Shown here in pieces: positions 55,416 through 64,000 of a stretch of DNA of 64,000 nucleotides (position 1 is its first letter; every line of letters starts with the position of its first letter). The stretch comes from Octopus vulgaris (taxonomy: Eukaryota), in assembly GCA_951406725.2 (NCBI GenBank), contig OX597822.1:59458001-59522000 (forward strand), in the 5' to 3' direction. A model generated the notes under the pieces. That model did not search any database. It was given only the letters and a program-made list of their open reading frames with translations, and was not told the DNA's origin. The translations under genes and the position numbers were made by a program.

Positions 55416-55708
55416 AGAAATTGTGGCTTTTGAAACATGTGTAGAATGCAATAAAAGGAATTCTGTTCAATCTTCGTTCAACTCCATTTCTTCAATTCAC
55501 TAATAATATTAAAATTCAATTATCCGTACCAACGCACGGTTGCAACACCAAATGGTTTTATCTCACACCGTGCTTTCTTCTGCTGTGATTTTTGCTACCA
55601 AGGCATCGGTTAAACTTTTGATTAATCTGCAACAAGATTATTCATCTATATATATATATATACATATACATACATATATATATATATATACATACATACA
55701 TACATACA

Positions 55709-55741
<33 letters not shown>

Positions 55742-55825
55742 TTATATGTGCGTGTGTGTTTGTGTTTGTCCCCTGAACATCGCTTGACAACCGATGCTAG
55801 CGTGTTTATATCCCCGTAACTTAAC

Positions 55826-57818
55826 ATTTCGCCTGGAGATGTCGCTGTTGGAGATTGAGAAAAGTCTCACGAAAAGGAGAGAGAGGCGATAAGGAAGCTT
55901 AGGTTATAGAAAATATCGAACCCTAAAACTTTCTTTAAGTTTTCCAAAGAAACAGCCCCAGTACACCACAGAAAAGGACCCCTCTTCCAAAAAGATGGCT
56001 CCCTCGCAGGAAACCCAATGATGATAAATGAAATACTGAACGAACCGTTGCAAAGTGTGTTCACTACACCTCTGGGACACAGGTAAGTGAACAAACCGGC
56101 TGAATTCTTATCCATTTTACCTGTAACCAAAGAGGCGAAAATTGATTACATCAACATTAAAGAAGATATAACACTGACCGTAGACGAGGTTAGCACAAAC
56201 TGAGCTGCTGGCCCTGATGGATTCCCAGCAGTTCTCAAATTGTGCAAACCAACCCTTGCAATACCACTGCGGCTTCTTTTTTAGAGCTTTCTTGCAAGTG
56301 GTAAGCTTTCAGACAAACCGAAACAAAGGATAATATTGCTTATCAATAAGAGAGGAAGCAGGGCAGATGCTAAATATTATAGGTCTATCTCTCTGACCTG
56401 CCACATAAACAAAGTCATGGAAGAAAGTAAGTAATCGTGATCCTTGAAGACAATGACTTGCTGACTGACACACAACATGAGATTTCGACCGAGTAGAAAC
56501 TGCCTGATACAGCTCTTGCAATATTACGGTAGGGTGTTAAAATAGCTGCTAAATGACTCAAGTGTGATTGGGATATATTCCGACTTTGCAAAAGCCTTTG
56601 ACAAAGTCTACCATGGTATGATATGTCACAAACTGCGTGATCTCGGCATAGTCGGAAAACTTGGAGAGTGGCTGCAAAACTTTCTAAAAGATAGACGTCA
56701 GGCAGTGGTGGCCAATGTAGCCACCTCAAAGGAAACACAAATAGCAAGTGGTGTTCCACAGGGCACTGTCTTAGGACCACTGCTATTCTCAGACATATCC
56801 TCCGCTGCCCAGAGAGCCACCCTTGCTAGCTATGCAGATGACACAAAAGTCTCTCAGATAATACAAAATCCTGGAAATATTGCGCATCTGCAACAGGGGT
56901 TGAATGCAATATACAGGTGAGCTGAAGATAACAACATGCAGAATAATGCAGGAAAATTCCAAGCCCTGCGCTACCAGTCCACAAAGCTGAACGACGTGCA
57001 GACAGGATACACTGGCCCGGGAGAAATTGCAATCCTTGAATCAAAATCAGTGCGTGACCTGCGTATTGACATGAGCAATGTTGCATCTTTACAGGTCCAC
57101 ATTACTAATTTGGTAATAAAACGCAGACGGCTAGCTGGATGGGTCCTTCGAACTTTCAAAACTAGAGAAAAGGAGACAATGACGGTCCTTTAGAGGGAAT
57201 ACGTCTTCAGCCGCTTGCACTACTGCTCCCAACTGTGGTCATCACACAATATAAAATTAACGGTGGAACTTGAGGCAATCCAACAAAGCTACACAAAGAA
57301 AATCGTCTCAATGCAAGGCATCAGCTACTGGGAAAGACTGAAAGATTTAAACTCTGAAAGACTGAAAGATTTAAAACTCACCTCCCTGGAGTGAAGGCGG
57401 AAAAGATATGCAGTGGTATACATCTGAAAAGACCTGGAAGGCCTTGTCTCAAACTTTGGCATTGAAAATTATACAAACTGCAGAACGAGGCACCACTGCT
57501 TAGTAGCAAAGATCTCAGCATCACCATCAAGGTACAGGACCAAATACTGCAACAGCTTAGGTTCCAAGGGCCCACAGCTCTTCAATATCCTTTCAAAATG
57601 TCTGAGAGACATGTATAGTGTGGATGTAGGTATCTTAAAAAAAACTGGATTTCCTCCTGGCAAGGGTTCTAGATGACCCTACCTCACGGCAGGAAACAAG
57701 CCCTCATTCACCAAATGCCCCATATCACATGAGGTTTCAAATAATGGTGTAGCGCAGGCAACGGTGGTGCCCGAGCATGACTATATCTTTAAAGGTGAAA
57801 CATGTTAAAGATTTAAAG

Positions 57819-57822
<4 letters not shown>
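55826..57822 (+). mobile_element. 5'-truncated CR1-like LINE (RT remnant)
   Basis: AGPDG, NYRSISLT, DFAKAFDKV, SGVPQGTVLGPLLF, YADDTK; many stops; (TTAAAGA)-type repeat tail. Confidence 0.88.
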
Positions 57823-57870
<48 letters not shown>

Positions 57871-57872
<2 letters not shown>

Positions 57873-58353
57873 GTTTAAATATTTGTTGTGCAAGATTTTT
57901 TATGTGAAGTCGTGTGTTGAAACAGATATTGTTATATTTCGGAATGGTCATATTGCCAGTTTAGCCAATAAAAACACACGCACTATATATTTGGTGTTAT
58001 TTTGCTTCAGTGATATTTATTTTTTACATTAATCTTAATCTTATTTCGGCCAAAGTTCTTTCGTCACACTCCTGTGACCGCATCAGTGGTCCTTTGTTTT
58101 CTTCTCACTTACTTGTGTCTCTCCTTACTAACCGTCAGCCATTTTGTACAAAATGGCTGACGGTTAGTAAGGAGAGACACAAGTAAGTGAGAAGAAAACA
58201 AAGGACCACTGATCGTCACAGGAGTGTGACAAAGAACGCCGAAATAAGATTAAGATTAATGTAAAAATAAATATCACTGAAGCAAAATAACACCAAATAT
58301 ATAGTGCGTGTGTTTTTATTGGCTAAACTGGCAATATGACCATTCCGAAATAT

Positions 58354-58361
<8 letters not shown>
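57871..58361. mobile_element. Spacerless palindrome with arms of about 220 bp, a variant hammerhead and a ~55-bp tail
   Basis: 57926-58147 mirrors 58148-58361 about GT|AC; (TA)n on both sides. Confidence 0.9.
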
Positions 58362-58393
<32 letters not shown>

Positions 58394-58395
<2 letters not shown>

Positions 58396-58722
58396 TTTAG
58401 TGTAAAGATAAGAGCTTTTAATAGTTTATCGCATTGGAGATGCGGGTATTGGCAGATTTTTATACCACACATTGTGTCTCTAAGAATTGTGACACAAGGG
58501 GTGTTATGACTGAATAATCATCTGACAGGTCATACACCGCATGTCGGAAATGCTATTCACAGCGAGGAATCTGAGAGAGACGGCAATCATCTAGATGTAA
58601 CAGTCTCCAACCCAAGAAACTATCAGAAGCTCTTATCTTTATAATGTGTACAGTAACTGATATTTATCTTTCACTGGATGGAGTACCTTTTTGTTTATCT
58701 TACCTTAACGGAACTGTAAATT
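58394..58722. repeat. Older fold-back element (38-bp imperfect arms) plus tail
   Basis: 58403-58440 versus 58604-58641; CTGAGAGAGAC..GTCTC..GAAAC could be a decayed hammerhead. Confidence 0.5.
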
Positions 58723-59737
58723 ATATATACATATGCATACATATGTATGTGTGTGTGCGTGTATGTATGTAGAGAAGGAGAAAGGAGAGAGAAAGAGAGA
58801 GAGAGGAAGAGAGGGGAATAGAGGGAGAGAGAGGGAGAAAGAGGAGACAGATATGGTAAAGTAGGATAAACAAAAGCTTGAGTGATATATTTACATGGAG
58901 CACAAAATACAGAGTGTAAAATAAGAATTATGTAATGTCTTATCTCGACAGCTGTTTCAAGATGACCATGATTTACGTAATAACAATATTCAAGATTAAT
59001 GTATTATGTCTAGAGTAAATTGTTGAAGTAAGTTACGGTTCCCTTTTCACAAGTAGAGTGGCAAATACACATGCAGATATGTATATATGTATTAAGAGAA
59101 TAGAGTGTGCGTGACAAAGCCGTACAGTTTTGAATTATTGGTACAATCCACCCGATGAGCTTCTATACAACTTCCGTCTAACAAATTCCACTCAAACTTT
59201 ATAGAGGGAACCGAATTTGAAGAGAATGATATTTATCCAGGATACTATGGATTAAGATTGAATTCAGCACCAATTGCTGCAAAGCTAATTTTTAACCATT
59301 CGGCCATATTGGGCATATGTAAGTATGTATGTATGTATGTATGTATGTATGTATGTATGTATGTATGTATGTATGTATGTATGCATGCATGTATGCATGT
59401 ATGTATGTATGTGTGCGTGTGTGTGTGTGTATGAAAAATCACCTGTATACAACGTCTTTCCTCCATGACCGAGTGTTTTCGATGGGTGTGGTGTGAGACA
59501 GATTTCGAGTCTGAAGAGACATATGACGGTTCATAAGGATCATGTCCGTTATGCCATGGGTATACACACTTGGTGTAAAATGGTTTACATACATAGAGAG
59601 TTGATTGTGGTTATCTAAAAATATCGTACCGCAGAAATATATGATAACGCAGAACGCACTCCGTACAACTCGAACATAGGACTGTTAAACCAACACACAT
59701 CGAAATAATACGGTAAACCAACACGGTCGAACCCTGT

Positions 59738-61680
59738 CTTTATTTTAAGCACACGGGCTCATACAAAGAAAGGACGATACATGGACAGACAAGACACCAC
59801 CGTGTGGTACATAAAACATATAACGAATGAATTATAATGATAAAATGGAAATTAAATGTCTTACCTGTCCCCCCGCTCGCAGATAATGTCATTTAACTGT
59901 TTATGTATAACATTTTACACACAGTTCACTATTCTTTTTGTATCTTTTTTTAAAAGTCACTTTTTAAAATTTTTTACTTACTTACTTTCATCTGTCACTA
60001 TATATTCTATTAAATCCTCAAATGCCATTACCGGTGGCTGGCAATTCGTCAAACCGAACCTGTATCGGCGTTATTTCTATCATCACCCCGAACAGTTCTT
60101 TCAACTTCTGTCCTCTCTCTCTCAAGCAAGACTGCTTTGGCGTCTTCGTTGTACTCATTCGGTTTCCTTATTAGCCACAAGGGCCAAACATTGAGGGGGA
60201 CAAACAAGGACAGACAGGACACCACAGAGGGGACAGTACATAAAACAAATATGATGAGATGATTATACAATAATGGGGTTATGAATGGCTGCATGCGCCC
60301 CTCATCACATGCATTACCATTACTCTTTTCAAACTGTCCGTTTTTATCATGTATTTAACTAACATTTAATCATCGTCTACCATTACAATTATTTGAACCG
60401 TTATATGTTCTCTAAAATTGTTCTTTTTTTTCCGATATTATTAAACATAACATAAAACACTTACTCTTTCTTTTTCCTTTTTTTTCTCCTTTTTCTTTTT
60501 TCTTTTCCTTTTTCCTGTCGATTTGACATACTTATTTACTTTTTAGTAATATTTCATTAGTGGTTCGATTTCTACTAAATCCACTACTAGTGGCAATTCT
60601 TTAAATTCCACCCTTACTCCTGACGGGTCAATATTATCTCCATCTTCGTTGTACTCATTCACCTTTAATTTAACCCTAATTACATGTTCCATCTTGGTTA
60701 TTTTTTTTTCTCAATCTCCACACTTTTTTTTAAATAATTTATCATAGTCCGTAAGTGTTTCCATTTCTGTACTCCTTCCTGTCTTCCGTTATTAGTCTCC
60801 TCGGGTATCGGTTTCTCTTTCTTCTCTGTTTCTTTCTCGCTCGATGTTGTTGTCATCTCCCTTCTTTCTTCATTTCTTTTCTGCACCTTCGCTCTCTCCT
60901 TCGTGCTAGTTACTGGTATCGATATCCGTTTTCTCTCTGTATCTTCCTCACTTGATGTTGTGGACGTCTTTCTTTCTTCCTTTCTTTTCTTCGCGTTCGC
61001 TTTCTCTTTCATTTAATACCTGGTCTCACACACTGAGTCTCCTTTAAGCTTTCCTTTCGCTTCTTCATTGGACTCTTAGGTGGTGAGTCCGCGTTTCCCT
61101 CTCTCTTCTTTCTCTTCACCAGTGTGTACCTTTCTTCCACATTTTCTACATTCTCCTCGCCTACTGGCCTATACTCCTCCACGCTTTGTACCTCTTCCTC
61201 TCCTTGATGCTCCTGCTGCATCACCTCCACATCATATTTCTGGGGACACAGCTTTCATGTGTCCCCGTACTCAATGGTAGCAGATGGGTGATCTTCCCTT
61301 CACTACCACTCTTAGTTTCCCTTTTCAGGCAACACAACCTCCTCTGAAATTTTATGTAGGTCTGGTAAACTGATTTGGACCGTCACCTCGAGGCCGTATC
61401 CCCTGCAGTTTATCTCTGTTGTTCTTGTGACTTTCAGAATTTTCGTTTCTCCCTTCGTGTTGTAGAGGATGACTGCCACCAGCCACGTCTCGTCAATCTC
61501 CGGGGGCACTCTGCCAATCGTAACTCTGGCCGCACATTTGCCACAGTAGGTTGGCAGTAGTACCCACACTGACGACCTCAACGTGTTTTATCGCTTCTTG
61601 TTCGCTCACGAACCGCACCTCCACTGTGCCATACTTCTTTCCTTTAGTATAGAATGTCGTGAGGCTTTTTATGCCCTTTA
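59738..61680 (-). mobile_element. L1/Tx1-like ORF1-only element plus a tandem second 3' end
   Basis: ORF pieces RVTIGRVPPEIDETWL, VVVKGRSPICYH..GHMKAV (decayed zinc knuckle) and a K/E-rich tail. Two related 3' ends finish in AATAA-like signals at about 60165 and 59740. Confidence 0.65.
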
Positions 61681-62124
61681 GACATTCTCAAATAGGGAAG
61701 AAAACAATTAGGCAAAAATAACAATTCAATACACACACACACATTTATCTTTTTCGCCTGGAAGTGTTGTACACTAACAAATCAACTCAAGTATTTACTT
61801 CAGTCCGGAACTTATTCTATCGACTTCTAGTGCCGAACGACAAGGTTATGGGGACGTAAACAAATTAACACTGGCTGTCTTGCTGTGGTGGTGATCAAAC
61901 ACAGACACAAAGCACATATACATCGATACACTGACACACACTTATAAACACACTTATATACAGTTTCCCCATATCAAATTTATTCACAAACCATTAATAG
62001 GTCAGTGGCTATAGTAGAAATACATGTCAAGTTGTTGCACATTGTGATTGAACCCGAAATCTCGTGGTTGCCGAGCGAGCTTCTTGACAACACAGCCATG
62101 CTTACATCTATATATAATGTAATA

Positions 62125-62375
62125 CAGTCATCTCTCGCCGTACCGCGATTCACCTGTCGCGGTTCCCCTATCACGGTTCACCTATCGCGGTTCACCTATC
62201 GCAGTTTATCATTTAAGCTTACGTCGATTCCTCCGTGGTGTTGTCTTGCATTTATGATAAAATAAATATATACAAATTATAAAAAATACAGTACAGTACT
62301 GTTTCTATCACGCGGATTTTCACCTATCGCAGAGGGATTTGGAACGTAACACCCGCGATAGTGAATGGATTACTG
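62125..62375. mobile_element. Tigger/pogo-like MITE
   Basis: TA-CAGTCATCTCTCG.. and ..GGATTACTG-TA termini; internal repeated TTCACCTATCGCGG. Confidence 0.75.
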
Positions 62376-62394
62376 TATATACAATATATAAATA

Positions 62395-62610
62395 AGGCAG
62401 TGAGCAGGCTGAACTATTAGCGCAGAGCAAAAAAATTCTTAGCGGCATTTCGTCCGTCTTGACGTTCTGCGGTCAAATTCCGCCGAGATTGACTTTGCCT
62501 TTCATACTTTTGGCATCATATAAAATAAGTACCAGCTGAGTAATGCGGTCGATGTAATCGAGTTTTCCTCACTCCAAAACTTGCTGGTCTTGTGCCAAAA
62601 TTAGAAATAA
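62395..62610 (+). mobile_element. SINE family D, diverged
   Basis: Colinear with 37097-37295. Confidence 0.75.
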
Positions 62611-63322
62611 GTATATGTAAGCATTTAAAAAAATTTCGGTAACAAAGGCTGGATACATCGGTTAAGTGACTATGTACTTGGTTAGATATTCACTGATTTA
62701 TACCAACCCGATCTAGAATTCAATATAAATTGATTTCGATATGATGCTAAGAATATTTCTGTGTGAAGAACTTAAATATTCCTTGTAGTATAGTACAAAC
62801 GTAGCAGTGCCCAATGTCAACTTGCCCGATTTATTTCCACCAATTCCTGCGTCACGTTAGTAGAACATTTTTATAAATTGACAGCGTTTTTGCGTCGAGA
62901 TTTCCCACAATTACAGCATAGAAATTTCTTGAATAAAATTCTAAACAATCTCTTTCACGAAACAAGGTTATTCCCAGCTGAGACGTGGGCCCGAATAAGA
63001 GATGAGTGTAAGCCGTGCATTGTTGATTTTTGCGTCTCAATTGTTGATTTGAGACTTGCATGTGTGTGTGTGTGTGTGTGTGTGTCTGTAGAACAAAGAG
63101 CTTTTCTTAATACGCATTGTACTGTTGTTTAATTGTCTCTGAGAATAAAAGGCATATGTGTTTGGAGAGGTCTTCTACATACACGATAATTCAACGAGTT
63201 GATCGAACAATTTAAGCTCTAATCATGTAAACTTAAATATCTCCATGTTAGCTACAATTAAGGCAAATTGTTGATTTGAAACTTTGGAATATTTTTCTTT
63301 TTCTAGTATTTAAGTATTTGTA

Positions 63323-63360
<38 letters not shown>

Positions 63361-63369
<9 letters not shown>

Positions 63370-63742
63370 TATTAGAGACAAAACCACTATTTTGCAAAAC
63401 AAACAAGGAAAGACTTAATCAATACATAAAATTTTAATAAATAGTCAAAAAAACCGCCACTACAATTGTTTCTTGTCTTGATCGACAATCTTCAGGTGGA
63501 CTTCCAATAAGTCAGTTTCAAATTATGACTTATTGGAAGACAAGAAACAATTGTAGTGGCGGTTTTTTTGACTATTTATTAAAATTTTATGTATTGATTA
63601 AGTCTTTCCTTGTTTGTTTTGCAAAATAGTGGTTTTGTCTCTAATAATATTTTATAATATTTTACTATAAAATTGGATTTAATCCTAAATCTGATTTTTT
63701 CCCTGTAAATTTGGATTTATTCCCTAATATTTATTATTATTA
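63361..63742. mobile_element. Fold-back element (near-perfect arms of about 118 bp) with a hammerhead and an ~85-bp tail in (TA)n
   Basis: 63361-63478 mirrors 63538-63656; inner 14-bp inverted repeat at 63501-63539. Confidence 0.88.
63457..63499 (-). ncRNA. Minimal type I hammerhead with the full consensus core
   Basis: CCAC CTGAAGA TTGTC GATCAA GACAA GAAA CAATTG TA GTGG. Confidence 0.85.
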
Positions 63743-63746
63743 TATA

Positions 63747-63778
<32 letters not shown>

Positions 63779-64000
63779 GTACATGCACACACACATACAC
63801 ACGCACACACACTTATATACACATAACATAAACGTACTCTCGATACCATAAACATTGCATCCACCTTCAAAGTCGAAGTGAGTGAGGTAAAAGCAATGTA
63901 ATTTAATCCTACGTCTCCATTAATGCTGGTAAAAACGTCCTGTTTCTTTTAGACAGCATTTTCTAATCATCCATAAATATCGTAAACTATCATAAACCCT

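Larger units (their letters stand above)
54272..55646 (-). mobile_element. 5'-truncated Penelope-like element with an inverted partial pLTR
   Basis: GIY-YIG ORF and a hammerhead in the 3' repeat. About 90 bp at 54272-54362 is inverted at 55418-55508 and followed by a tail. Flanked by (TA)n. Confidence 0.88.
54083..55825 (+). mobile_element. SINE family A split by the PLE and truncated by the CR1-like LINE
   Basis: Head 54083-54246, tail fragment 55745-55825. Confidence 0.8.

Noticed and set aside
58943-58958. GAAACAGCTGTCGAGA (minus), the 3' half of a hammerhead
   Set aside because: No matching CUGANGA or stem I was found; at most a remnant.

Overview
Repeat-dense, AT-rich animal genomic DNA. 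The SINE families and the very dense (TA)n/(CA)n/(TATC)n/(CATA)n tracts point to an octopus; this is an inference. One host gene is supportable: a + strand secreted protein with two tandem VWA domains (exons 39665-39706, 44712-45278, 50280-50872, all joined in phase 1; the ATG exon was not found). The rest is layered mobile DNA: mariner DD34D, rosa-like DD40D and maT DD37D transposons, a Tigger-like MITE, RTE, CR1-like, R4/Dong-like and L1/Tx1-like LINE remnants, Penelope-like (PLE) GIY-YIG and RT remnants, and at least four tRNA-derived SINE families. The most striking pattern is a set of mostly sequence-unrelated, short non-coding fold-back elements, usually inside (TA)n tracts, that carry minimal type I hammerhead ribozymes (CUGANGA...GAAA, often with a palindromic stem III). 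One is attached to a PLE GIY-YIG ORF. In several of them the inverted arm breaks inside ribozyme stem II. All ribozyme and repeat calls were made by eye; none was folded or searched computationally.
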